Positions 30,261 to 39,829 of a DNA stretch of 64,000 bases are shown piece after piece. Origin of the DNA: an uncultured Actinomycetota bacterium (GTDB taxonomy: Bacteria; Actinomycetota; Aquicultoria; JACQXZ01; CAYGBL01). Below the pieces are notes generated by a model. It saw only the letters and a list, made by a program, of their open reading frames with translations. It was not told the origin of the DNA and did not search any database. The number at the start of each line of letters is the position of its first letter. Position 1 is the stretch's first letter. A program made the translations under genes and the position numbers. The stretch lies in assembly GCA_964348135.1 (NCBI GenBank), contig CAYGBL010000007.1:9511-73510 (forward strand), read 5' to 3'.

Positions 30261-32957
30261 CTACTTTTTAGCTTTCTCAATTCTCACAGCACAAACTTTA
30301 AGTTCGGGAATTTTGGCCATTGGATCCAGAGCGGGATTGGTGAGTACATTCGCAGGAGCTTCTCGAAAATGAAATGGCATAAAGATAACTCCATCCCGAA
30401 CTCTTTCCGTAACCCTTGCGTTCGCTTCTATTCGTCCCCGCCTGGTTGCAAGCGTTACCTTATCCCCGTTCTCAATTTTATATTTCTTTGCGTCTTTAGG
30501 ATTTATCTCTACCTGAGCAATAGGAGAAATTTCATCAATTCCCCGGTTGCGTCTGATCATCGTGCCGGTATGAAATTGGAACAGCAACCTCCCGGTAGTG
30601 AGGATAAGAGGATAATCCTTATCTGTTTCTTCCGCCGGTGATCTATATTCAACTGGATAAAATTTACCCTTTCCCCGGGCAAAAGCTTGAGTGTGCAGAA
30701 TCGGGGTACCTGGATGAGCATCATCAGGACAAGGCCACTGTAGACCCTCCTTCTCCAATCTCAAGTAGCTTATTCCACCGTAGGAAGGCGTAAGCCCGGC
30801 AATCTCCTCTGCTATCTCCCGAGATGAATTATAGTTCATATTCTTGTAACCCATTCTGCTAGCCAGCTCACATATAATTTGCCAGTCCGGTTTTGCTTCA
30901 CCCGGAGGTTCTATTGCTTTTCTTACCCGTTGAATTCTACGCTCAGTATTGGTGAAAGTGCCGTCCTTTTCTGCAAAAGTAACACCGGGGAGCACAACAT
31001 CAGCCAGTTCGGCAGTTTCGGTCATAAAAATATCCTGAACTACCAAAAAATCGAGTTTCTCAAGACCTTTCTTTACATGCGTAATGTCAGGGTCAGAAAG
31101 CATAGGATTTTCACCCATGATATATAATGCCCTGACTTCTTGCTTCAAGGCAGCATCCATAATTTCAATAACGGTCAGACCTGATCTAGCGGGAAGTGCA
31201 CTGTCCCAGTGCTCCTCAAATTTAGCACGCAGTTCCTCGTTTTCTACTGACTGATAACCAGGGAATACATTGGGTAACGCTCCCATATCACATGCGCCCT
31301 GTACATTATTCTGTCCTCTCAGAGGATTAACACCTGTTCCGGGTTTTCCTATGTTCCCTGTAGCCATAGCCAGGTTAGCAAGAGACAGCACATTGTCAGT
31401 TCCTGTGCTATGCTGGGTAATTCCCATTGAATAGATTATGCTTGCTCTCTCTGCCCGGCCAAAGAGCCGCGCTGCTTCTATGAGTTTTTCTGCAGGAACA
31501 CCGGAAATTTTCTCCACTTTCTCAGGCGTGTAACTACTCAACATCTCTTTCAATTTGCTGAAGCCCTCGGTCCGCTCTCTAATAAACTCAGTATCGACCA
31601 AGCCCTCTTCGAGAATTACGTTTAACATCCCATTGAAAACGGCCACGTCCGTACCTGGCTTTTGACTCAGCCAGACATCTGCCATTTGAGCAAGCTCAAT
31701 TTTGCGAGGATCGACAACTATAAGCTTTGCACCCTTGTCCCAAACTGCCTTTTTAATCTCCAGAGCCAGGACTGGATGTGCCTCAGTAGTATTGGAGCCT
31801 GTTACCAGAATTGTGTCAGCCTCAGCAATATCATCTATAGAATTGGTCATTGCCCCACTTCCGAAAGCCATGGCTAAACCGGTTACGGTTGAAGCATGGC
31901 AAAGCCGAGCGCAGTGGTCTACATTATTGGTACCGATAACCGCTCTCATAAATTTCTGGAAGAGATAGTTGTCTTCATTGGTACATTTCGCTGAGCTTAG
32001 TCCCGCAATTGCATCTGCTCCATATTTCATCTTTATATCCGAGAACTTGCCGGCTACCAAACTGAGCGCTTCATCCCAGGATGCCTCTACAAACTCTCCT
32101 TCCTTCTTTATGAGAGGAACTTTCAGCCTGTCAGGATTGTTGATAAACTCATATCCAAAACGGCCTTTGACGCAGAGATTACCCTTGTTTACTCCCAACT
32201 CCAAGTCTGCAGATACGCCAATTACCTCTCCGTTTTTTGCATAAAGCCGTAAACGGCAGCCCACTCCGCAGTAAGGGCAGGTTGTTACAGTTTGAAGTGT
32301 CTCCCAAATTCTACCTTTGTACTTTCTAAGTTTTCCGGTAAGTGCACCCACCGGACAAGTAGACACACACTGACCGCAAAAAACGCAGGGTGTTTCCACA
32401 AGTGAACGGTCAAAAGGTGTAGAGGTTACCGTTTCAAAGCCTCTATTCGCAAATTCAAACACATAGCACCCTTGTACCTCAGTACAAATGCGCACACATC
32501 TTCCACAGAGAACACACTTATTATGATCTCTTTCGATGAAGGGATTAAAGTCCTCTACCGTATAGCTGTGCTTTTCTCCCCTATATCTTATCTCATCTAT
32601 GTTAAGCTCATAGGCGAGATCCTGCAGGCGGCATCTTCCCACACTTTCGCATGTCAAACACTCCAAAGGGTGATCGGATAATAGAAGCTCAATAACGGTC
32701 CTTCGAATTTTATAAAGAGAGACAGTGTCTGTCTTAACTACCATTCCTTCAGTTACTAAAGTAGTGCACGCTGGCAAAAAGCTCTTAGCTCCCTCTACTT
32801 CTACCAAACAGACCCTGCATGCGCCGTAAGGCTTTAATCTTGGATCATGGCAGAGGGTGGGAATATAAATCCCTTCGGCTCTGGCTATCTCTAAGATAGT
32901 TTTACCGGTTTCCGCCTTTACTTTTCTATTGTTGATTGTAAGTGTAATTTCGTTCAT
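30261..32957 (-). CDS. fdhA: formate dehydrogenase catalytic subunit (Mo/W-bisPGD), Cys-type, with NuoG-like N-terminal 2Fe-2S/4Fe-4S domains
   Basis: 898 aa. The N-terminus carries a ferredoxin-like fold (CHDPRL..GACRVC). The molybdopterin region contains CPYCGVGC. The active site reads HCARLCH, so it has Cys where FdhH has Sec. Confidence 0.85.
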   Translation of the reverse strand: MNEITLTINNRKVKAETGKTILEIARAEGIYIPTLCHDPRLKPYGACRVCLVEVEGAKSFLPACTTLVTEGMVVKTDTVSLYKIRRTVIELLLSDHPLECLTCESVGRCRLQDLAYELNIDEIRYRGEKHSYTVEDFNPFIERDHNKCVLCGRCVRICTEVQGCYVFEFANRGFETVTSTPFDRSLVETPCVFCGQCVSTCPVGALTGKLRKYKGRIWETLQTVTTCPYCGVGCRLRLYAKNGEVIGVSADLELGVNKGNLCVKGRFGYEFINNPDRLKVPLIKKEGEFVEASWDEALSLVAGKFSDIKMKYGADAIAGLSSAKCTNEDNYLFQKFMRAVIGTNNVDHCARLCHASTVTGLAMAFGSGAMTNSIDDIAEADTILVTGSNTTEAHPVLALEIKKAVWDKGAKLIVVDPRKIELAQMADVWLSQKPGTDVAVFNGMLNVILEEGLVDTEFIRERTEGFSKLKEMLSSYTPEKVEKISGVPAEKLIEAARLFGRAERASIIYSMGITQHSTGTDNVLSLANLAMATGNIGKPGTGVNPLRGQNNVQGACDMGALPNVFPGYQSVENEELRAKFEEHWDSALPARSGLTVIEIMDAALKQEVRALYIMGENPMLSDPDITHVKKGLEKLDFLVVQDIFMTETAELADVVLPGVTFAEKDGTFTNTERRIQRVRKAIEPPGEAKPDWQIICELASRMGYKNMNYNSSREIAEEIAGLTPSYGGISYLRLEKEGLQWPCPDDAHPGTPILHTQAFARGKGKFYPVEYRSPAEETDKDYPLILTTGRLLFQFHTGTMIRRNRGIDEISPIAQVEINPKDAKKYKIENGDKVTLATRRGRIEANARVTERVRDGVIFMPFHFREAPANVLTNPALDPMAKIPELKVCAVRIEKAKK

Positions 32958-33053
32958 CGTTCACCTTTAGCAGTTCGCAGTTTTCAAGTGTCAGTTGACA
33001 GTTTTTCATATTTGTTATCTACCAACTGCCATCTACCGACTGCGAACTGCGAA

Positions 33054-33491
33054 CTAAAATTTTTGCTTCTTCTTCCTGCTTGTAACCCTTACTCCACCTT
33101 CAACCAGGACGCAGTCGATGCAATCCTTGATAAAGAAAGCGATATCGGATACGGAAAGGATACCCACCGGTCTCTCTCCTTCTACTACCGGTAACCTTCG
33201 AATGGCAAGCTCCTGCATAAGCTTCGCGGCTTTCACCAGATCCATTTCCGGAGTTAGCGGAATAAAATCCTCAGACATATATTCGCTGACTTCAACTTTG
33301 TTTGGATCAATCCCTTCGGCAATTGCCGTATGTGTTATCTGGCGGTCAGTAATTAGCCCAACCAACTTTTCTTTCTGAACAATCAACACAGAGCCTACCT
33401 TTTCCTCGCGCATTTTCCTTGCTGTCTCGGTAATGCTCGCTCGAGGACCTACCGACACTACCCGTCTAGTCATAATGTCCTTTACTTTCAT
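33054..33491 (-). CDS. CBS-pair domain protein
   Basis: 145 aa with two CBS motifs. Confidence 0.75.
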   Translation of the reverse strand: MKVKDIMTRRVVSVGPRASITETARKMREEKVGSVLIVQKEKLVGLITDRQITHTAIAEGIDPNKVEVSEYMSEDFIPLTPEMDLVKAAKLMQELAIRRLPVVEGERPVGILSVSDIAFFIKDCIDCVLVEGGVRVTSRKKKQKF

Positions 33492-33592
33492 TTGCTCCTC
33501 CCCATTCTCAGAAAGCTCAGAGCTCGGAGCTTAGAGCTTAGAGAAATCTTTTCCTATATACTCTTGCTCTATGCTCTCCGCTCTCTGCTCAT

Positions 33593-35407
33593 TCAGGCTT
33601 GATATATTGCATCAAAAGGACAATGTTCAATACATATAAGACATTTGATACATTTTTCATCATTTACATGATAGACTTCTTTTCGCTTTCCACTAATTGC
33701 ACCCACGGGGCAATGCCTTGTACATACCGCGCAGCCGGTACATAGCTTCTCGCTAATGATAACAGACAGAAGATCTTTGCATACACCAGCTTCACACTTA
33801 CCTTCCTTCACATGTGTCTCGTATTCGGGACGAAAATATTTCAGCATAGTTAGCACCGGGTTGGGCGCAGTCTGTCCAAGTCCGCAAAGAGAGGATATCT
33901 TTACGTCCCGTGCCAGCTGTGCCAGATTATCAATCGTATTTTCATCTGCTTCTCCCTTAGTTATCTGATCCAGCATTTCAAGCATCCGTTTAGTTCCCAA
34001 CCGACAGGGCACGCACTTTCCACACGATTCTCGTTGAGTAAAGGTAAGGAAGAACCTGGCTAAATCTACCATACAGGTTTTATCATCCATAACCACCATG
34101 CCACCGGAACCCATAATGGCGCCAGTAGCAACCAGCGACTCATAGTCAATCGGTGTATCTAAAAAATCTTTGGGCAAACATCCACCTGATGGACCTCCTA
34201 TTTGAACGGCCTTGAATTCACTGGTATCTTTAACTCCACCGCAGACATTAAAGATTACTTCTCTCAGCGTAGTACCCATTTGTACCTCAACTAGTCCACT
34301 ATTTTTAACTTTTCCCGTAACTGCAAATATTTTAGTTCCTTTACTCTTCTCGGTGCCGCGAGAATTAAATTTCTTACTTCCCTGCAATACTATCCAGGGA
34401 ACATTAGCAAGAGTCTCCACGTTGTTGACGCAGGTAGGCATCTGCCATAGACCTGAATGCGCCGGAAAAGGTGGGCGAACTCTCGGCATTCCCCTCCTAC
34501 CCTCAACGGAAGCTATGAGCGCCGTCTCTTCACCGCATACAAACGCACCTGCTCCCTCTTTAATATTGATATCAAAGGAAAAATTGGAGTCGAGAATGTT
34601 TTTACCTAGAAATCCTGATGTTCTCGCCTGTTCTAAGGCAATCCGAAGCCTTCTTACCGCAAGCGGGTATTCCGCACGAACATAGATGTAACCCTCATCA
34701 GATCCAATCGCATAACCAGCTATAGCCATTCCCTCGATAACACTGTGGGGATCTCCTTCCAACACACTCCTGTCCATAAATGCTCCGGGATCTCCTTCAT
34801 CAGCATTGCAGATAACATATTTCTTATCAGCTTGAACGTCCTTAACGAATTGCCATTTCATACCGGTAGGAAAACCTGCGCCCCCTCTTCCACGGAGACC
34901 CGACTTTTTAATCTCCTCAATTAATTGTTGTGGAGAGAAATCTGCAAGCACACCGGCCAAAGCTTTATAACCATTACTCCTTATATACTCCTCTATGTTT
35001 TCCGGATCAATTTTTCCACAGTTCCGAAGGACAATTCGTTCCTGGTTTTTATAGAAATCGATATTTTTATAGAGCGGAATTTTCCTTCCTGTTTTCGGGT
35101 GAGAATATAAAAACTCCCTCACTACGTCACCAGCAATCAGATGCTCTTCAACTATACGAGGCACGTTCTCTATCGTAGTCTGCGGGTAAAATATCCCCTC
35201 TGGCTGGATTACAACTATCGGCCCTTTACTGCAAAACCCGTGGCAGCCGGTAAGCTTTATCCCAATATCTTTGGTAAGTTTCTTACGCCCCAACTCCTGG
35301 GAAAAAGCCTCTTCGACGTCCAAAGAGCCCGATAAAACGCAGCCTGTTCCAGCGCAGATTAGAATCTCTTTATCATTAGTTTTGGGGTTTTCAGCCCTTT
35401 TGTTCAT
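33593..35407 (-). CDS. NuoF/HoxF/HndC-like NAD(P)H-binding flavoprotein subunit (FDH/hydrogenase diaphorase)
   Basis: 604 aa. It has an N-terminal thioredoxin-like 2Fe-2S domain, then the FMN/NADH-binding 51-kDa region, then two C-terminal 4Fe-4S motifs (CTGCAVCTRHCP, CIKCLICIEHCP). Confidence 0.85.
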   Translation of the reverse strand: MNKRAENPKTNDKEILICAGTGCVLSGSLDVEEAFSQELGRKKLTKDIGIKLTGCHGFCSKGPIVVIQPEGIFYPQTTIENVPRIVEEHLIAGDVVREFLYSHPKTGRKIPLYKNIDFYKNQERIVLRNCGKIDPENIEEYIRSNGYKALAGVLADFSPQQLIEEIKKSGLRGRGGAGFPTGMKWQFVKDVQADKKYVICNADEGDPGAFMDRSVLEGDPHSVIEGMAIAGYAIGSDEGYIYVRAEYPLAVRRLRIALEQARTSGFLGKNILDSNFSFDINIKEGAGAFVCGEETALIASVEGRRGMPRVRPPFPAHSGLWQMPTCVNNVETLANVPWIVLQGSKKFNSRGTEKSKGTKIFAVTGKVKNSGLVEVQMGTTLREVIFNVCGGVKDTSEFKAVQIGGPSGGCLPKDFLDTPIDYESLVATGAIMGSGGMVVMDDKTCMVDLARFFLTFTQRESCGKCVPCRLGTKRMLEMLDQITKGEADENTIDNLAQLARDVKISSLCGLGQTAPNPVLTMLKYFRPEYETHVKEGKCEAGVCKDLLSVIISEKLCTGCAVCTRHCPVGAISGKRKEVYHVNDEKCIKCLICIEHCPFDAIYQA

Positions 35408-35898
35408 TCAACTTCCTTCTGCTTGGGTTCTCTTCTCACTGTTTTCTTAATAGCCTCTGTTGCGCTCTCTGAATTTAGTCTTCCGTACGTCTTCTTGTTT
35501 ATCATCATCACAGGAGCAAGCCCGCATGCTCCCAGACAAGCAACCGTCTCCAAAGAAAAAATACCGTCTTTGGTAGTCTCTCCAATCTCAATTTCCAGCT
35601 CACTCGAAATGTCGTCAGAAATTTTTGCCGCTCCACTTACGTAACAAGCAGTACCGTGACACACCTTAATCATATGTTTTCCGCCGGGATGGAGCCGAAA
35701 TTGACCGTAAAAAGTGACCACCCCGTAGATTTGGCTAAGCTTCACACCGGTGTGATTAGCGATATACTCAAGAATCTCCTCCGAAAGATACCCGTAGGCA
35801 TGCTGAGCTTCCTGCAAGACGGTAATTAGGGTGCCCTTCTCACCTTTGTATTTATCAAGTATTTGATTTAATTTTTTGAAATCTTGTTTCTTAGCCAT
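35404..35898 (-). CDS. NuoE/HoxE-like 2Fe-2S thioredoxin-like ferredoxin subunit
   Basis: 164 aa with the CHGTACYV...CLGACGLAP motifs. Confidence 0.85.
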   Translation of the reverse strand: MAKKQDFKKLNQILDKYKGEKGTLITVLQEAQHAYGYLSEEILEYIANHTGVKLSQIYGVVTFYGQFRLHPGGKHMIKVCHGTACYVSGAAKISDDISSELEIEIGETTKDGIFSLETVACLGACGLAPVMMINKKTYGRLNSESATEAIKKTVRREPKQKEVE

Positions 35899-36014
35899 TC
35901 TTTACACTTCTTTTGATGAAATGCTAAATATGATTCAAGGATTCCGAGGTTCAAGGATTCACGTGACATATTTCCCTCGAATCCTCAGTTCCCTGGTTCC
36001 CTGAATCCTTTAAT

Positions 36015-37028
36015 CTAGTTAAAATACTTTTCTCTTATTGCTTTTGAGAGCTGATTGGTCAATTTGTAACTCTTTTCTGCCAGCTCTTCTGACATTGCTC
36101 CGGTCCCACAAGTCGGCATAATCAAGCTTGCTTCAAGCAGTCTCCCAATTTCAAAACCCTTGGAAGCAATAAGCTCTAGTGCCTGATCAAATCTCTCCAG
36201 CAGGCTTTCAATGCTTTCTCTGGCGATCCGATCAGGCTCTGGAAAAGCAGCTGGCACTATGCCCCAGGCAAGAGCCCCTCCTCTGTCCAAGAAGCTTCCT
36301 ATCTCTTTGGGATACAAAGCCAGATTCTTGGTATAATCATATGCATCGAAGTGGATAATATCGGTGCTTGTTTCAGCAATCATACTCCAATCGGTATTGC
36401 CGCAGACATGTACACCCTTCAATCCTTCTAGCTCAGAAAAACACTCGTTTATATATTTAATTACATCTCCTCTGCTCACACTCACATAAGCCGAGCCGTA
36501 AGCCCGCAAATATGGCTCATCCAGAAAAATTATGGTTTGAGCGTCAGGATAAATCTCTTTTAATTTTTTCTCCTGCCAATGCGCCTTTCTTGCCAGAGCT
36601 TTCACCACCGTATCCATAAGTTGCTCATTATATATCACTGCCTGCTTCTTCTCATCTGCAACAGTAAGCCCAAAAGTTATGGGTCCGGTAATCTGACCTT
36701 TAAGCCATTTGACTTCACTTTCTCTTTTTTCCAACTCCTTTAAGAAACAATATAGCCCCTGAGCATAATTCTCGCTTATGCCGAAATAATCAAGATTGCC
36801 AGTGATGTACTTCTCGTAAAATTTTTCTATCTTTGACGTGAAATCTCGAGAAGTATCAAAATATATTTTCTTCTCTTCTTCCTCTACGATGACCCCGGGC
36901 ATACCCTCAGCACATTGAACATACATACTTTCCAGAAATGATCTATTAGGTAGCTGCGGCCATGCTGGTAATTCAGTCAGATTCCCGAAGACAATCCTAC
37001 ATGCTTCTTCAGGGTCTTTGTGGGGCAT
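36015..37028 (-). CDS. uroporphyrinogen-decarboxylase (URO-D) family methyltransferase, MtaA/CmuA-like
   Basis: 337 aa. A putative Zn ligand set is present: HVCG (H-x-C) plus a later MPTCGTG Cys. Confidence 0.5.
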   Translation of the reverse strand: MPHKDPEEACRIVFGNLTELPAWPQLPNRSFLESMYVQCAEGMPGVIVEEEEKKIYFDTSRDFTSKIEKFYEKYITGNLDYFGISENYAQGLYCFLKELEKRESEVKWLKGQITGPITFGLTVADEKKQAVIYNEQLMDTVVKALARKAHWQEKKLKEIYPDAQTIIFLDEPYLRAYGSAYVSVSRGDVIKYINECFSELEGLKGVHVCGNTDWSMIAETSTDIIHFDAYDYTKNLALYPKEIGSFLDRGGALAWGIVPAAFPEPDRIARESIESLLERFDQALELIASKGFEIGRLLEASLIMPTCGTGAMSEELAEKSYKLTNQLSKAIREKYFN

Positions 37029-37118
37029 GCTGCCGATAACAGTTGCTGCGCATTTAGGAATAAAAATTGCGATGCTTACGCCTCCTTAGTAAGTTTCGGA
37101 AGGAGACAAGCCCCTTGC

Positions 37119-37904
37119 CTACACGGTAGCCTTCCATAGCTCTTTAGCCAAATTTTCTATATCCTTGGCAAATTCACCATCAGCTTCATAGGGCGGTATT
37201 CCCTTAAGGTCTGCCTGTCTTATCTTAGAACTAGCTCTTACAGAGCCCAACCACTTAAAATCACTCAATACCTTTTTTAAATGATTTTTCTCATTCTTGC
37301 CGCCAATTTTGTTGAAAACTACATAAATTCTTTTAATTCCTAAATCGGATGCCAGCTCCTTGATGGACTGCGCAGTCTTAATGCTGCTTTCTCCCGGTTC
37401 AACCACAATTATTAGTATGTCTACCGAATCAGCGGTACCCCGGCCCAAATGCTCAATTCCCGCCTCCATATCCATTATTACTATCTCTTCTCTCTCGATA
37501 AGCAGATGGCGAATCAAATTTCTAAGTAGACTGCTCTCTGGACAAATACAACCTGAACCTCCACGTTGAACTCCACCCATCACTAACAGTCTAATCCCGA
37601 ACTTCTGAATACTGAACCGCTCCGGGATGTCATCAACCTTCGGGTTGAGCTTAAACAGGCCTACCGGATCAGAGCCTGCCCCCGTTCTTTCCTCTACCAA
37701 CTCCTTCATCTGAGAAAGAGGGACCACCTCTCTTAGCTCCGTATCTGTCATTCCAATAGACGAAGCAAGGTTAGCATCAGGATCAGCATCTACGGCAAGG
37801 ATTTTATAGCCCTGCTCTGCATAGTAACGCGCAAGGCTAGCAGCTATGGTAGTTTTTCCTACTCCTCCTTTTCCACTTATGGCAATCTTCATTCCATTCA
37901 TCAC
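37119..37904 (-). CDS. cooC: CODH nickel-insertion accessory ATPase CooC/AcsF (MinD/ParA family), copy 2
   Basis: It carries the Walker A motif KIAISGKGGVGKTT. Confidence 0.8.
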   Translation of the reverse strand: MMNGMKIAISGKGGVGKTTIAASLARYYAEQGYKILAVDADPDANLASSIGMTDTELREVVPLSQMKELVEERTGAGSDPVGLFKLNPKVDDIPERFSIQKFGIRLLVMGGVQRGGSGCICPESSLLRNLIRHLLIEREEIVIMDMEAGIEHLGRGTADSVDILIIVVEPGESSIKTAQSIKELASDLGIKRIYVVFNKIGGKNEKNHLKKVLSDFKWLGSVRASSKIRQADLKGIPPYEADGEFAKDIENLAKELWKATV

Positions 37905-38248
37905 TACAATGAAGATAACGAGTAACCCCTAATGTCTTACTCGAAACCTACAGATTTGAGATTGCCACGCCCTGCGGGCTCGCAATGACAATAATAAGAG
38001 AGTCACTTATGGCAATCTTGATTCCTTTTAGCACCTCAGAATAGTCCCTTTCTTAGTGACCTGAAGAGCACTCTACCTCTTGCAGGCTCCAGTTTTTGAA
38101 TATACTCTGAGGACCTAAAATTCCGCTCATCCTTATCTTTTAGCTGGGAGCCATCAGCTATGTGCATCATTGGTAGTCATCCAGTCGCCTAATCGCCAGG
38201 CTTCCCTTCAGACTACACTCTTGACCATTGTTCCCTGACTCTCGACTT

Positions 38249-39163
38249 CTACTTAGGGCGGGGAAGCAACCCTGCTTTTTCAACTATCTTTGGCACCGCT
38301 TCTTCCCACTCTATAGCCATAACATGAACTCCAGCTATACCTTCAATCTTCTGCACCTGTTTAATTATATCTACGCATATCTCAATTCCTTCAGCCTTCG
38401 TATCCTCTGCGCTTTTAAGCCTCTCAATAATCTCATCAGGTACGTCCATACCGGGAACATTATTCTTCATATACCTGGCCATGCCCACCGATTTTATAGG
38501 TGACACTCCTGCCAGTATATACGTTTTCTTGTGCAGATTTAATTTACGAACTTCCTCCATCCAGGCAGATAACTTGTCCACGTTAAAAACTATTTGTGTT
38601 TGTATAAAATCAGCTCCTGCGGCAACCTTCTTTTTCAAACGAGCTGCTCGAAACTCAAAGGGATCGGCAAAGGGATTCTCTGCAGCCCCTATGAAAAAGC
38701 GCGGTTCAAATTCCATCTCTTCACCGTTCAGGAATTTCTTTTCGTCCCTCATTGCCTTAATCATCGCAATAAGCTGAATGGAATCGAGATCAAACACTCC
38801 CTTTGCCTCGGGATGATTTCCAAATTTCTGATGATCCCCGGTAAGACAAAGAAGATTCTTTGCCCCTAGAGCAGCCGCTCCTAAAAGGTCGCTTTGGATC
38901 GCAATCCGGTTTCTGTCCCGGCAGGTCATCTGAACTACCGGCTCAAGCCCATAGTCAATCAAAACAGCTGCTGCGGCGATGCTGGAAAGTCTCACAATCG
39001 CTGTCTGGCAATCAGTGATGTTTACAGCATCAGCAAAACTTTTAAGTATATCAGCTTTATGACGAATTACGTCACCATCGGCACCCTTGGGAGGACCCAG
39101 CTCAGCAGTTACTGCAAATTTCCCTGAGATTAGAATCTCCTCTAGGTGGCTACCTGATTTCAT
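38249..39163 (-). CDS. metF: methylenetetrahydrofolate reductase
   Basis: 304 aa, MetF TIM-barrel pattern. Confidence 0.85.
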   Translation of the reverse strand: MKSGSHLEEILISGKFAVTAELGPPKGADGDVIRHKADILKSFADAVNITDCQTAIVRLSSIAAAAVLIDYGLEPVVQMTCRDRNRIAIQSDLLGAAALGAKNLLCLTGDHQKFGNHPEAKGVFDLDSIQLIAMIKAMRDEKKFLNGEEMEFEPRFFIGAAENPFADPFEFRAARLKKKVAAGADFIQTQIVFNVDKLSAWMEEVRKLNLHKKTYILAGVSPIKSVGMARYMKNNVPGMDVPDEIIERLKSAEDTKAEGIEICVDIIKQVQKIEGIAGVHVMAIEWEEAVPKIVEKAGLLPRPK

Positions 39164-39822
39164 ACTTTCAGATCCTCTCTTACAATTCTACGTGGGCCGC
39201 CGTCCCGGTCCTTTGACCAATCTTTAGGAGAATAGATTTTTTCCATTGATTCTATGTCCCCCATGCTTTTAAGACGGTCATAGATAAGCTGCCAGGCGCA
39301 TGGTATATCCGATGATACTTCGCATTTCCCATCCTGAGAACCACCACACGGCCCGTTTAACAAACTTTTGGCGCATCGCGCTACCGGGCAGATGCCACCC
39401 GTAATCTCGAGCACACAGTCTCCGCAGGCCACGCACCTCTCAGACCAAACACCAGGTTCTTCAGTTATCCCCAGAAAAGTAGTATTCAGGGCGGGTATTA
39501 CTCTTTTATGCGGATATTTCTCAGCCAGAGCTTGTACTCCCGCTCCACAGGCCATTGAGATAACAATATCAGCATCTTCTACATCATCTTTCAGCTCGTC
39601 AACAAACTCCCACTCACACTGTCGCTGTACTGTCTTCTCGGTAACTTTAACTTTTTCCAAACCTACTTCCAGGCGAATTTGAGAGGCAAGTAATCCAACT
39701 TCCTTTTCTCCTCCAGCTGAATGAACGGTTACGCAGGTACCGCAACCAGCAACTAGAATCTTTTTATTTCCTTCAACCATTCTCTTTATTTCAGAAAAGG
39801 GCTTTCTTTCTCCCGTAATCAT
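39160..39822 (-). CDS. metV: MetV (methylene-THF reductase C-terminal-domain-like Cys-rich/zinc-finger subunit)
   Basis: 220 aa, Cys-rich (CGTC...CGAG...CVACGDC...CPVARC...CGG). It overlaps metF by 4 nt. Confidence 0.7.
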   Translation of the reverse strand: MITGERKPFSEIKRMVEGNKKILVAGCGTCVTVHSAGGEKEVGLLASQIRLEVGLEKVKVTEKTVQRQCEWEFVDELKDDVEDADIVISMACGAGVQALAEKYPHKRVIPALNTTFLGITEEPGVWSERCVACGDCVLEITGGICPVARCAKSLLNGPCGGSQDGKCEVSSDIPCAWQLIYDRLKSMGDIESMEKIYSPKDWSKDRDGGPRRIVREDLKV

Positions 39823-39829
39823 CCTAATC

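Noticed and set aside
30261-32957. Selenocysteine in formate dehydrogenase
   Set aside because: The active-site region reads HCARLCH with a Cys codon. There is no in-frame TGA.
38228-38503. ORF 38228..38503 (+, 91 aa) and a 44-codon minus-strand ORF (MMHIADGSQL...) upstream of cooC'
   Set aside because: The first is antisense to the metF 3' end. The second spans the REP-like insertion and duplicated cooC fragment and has no conservation signal, so it is treated as non-coding.
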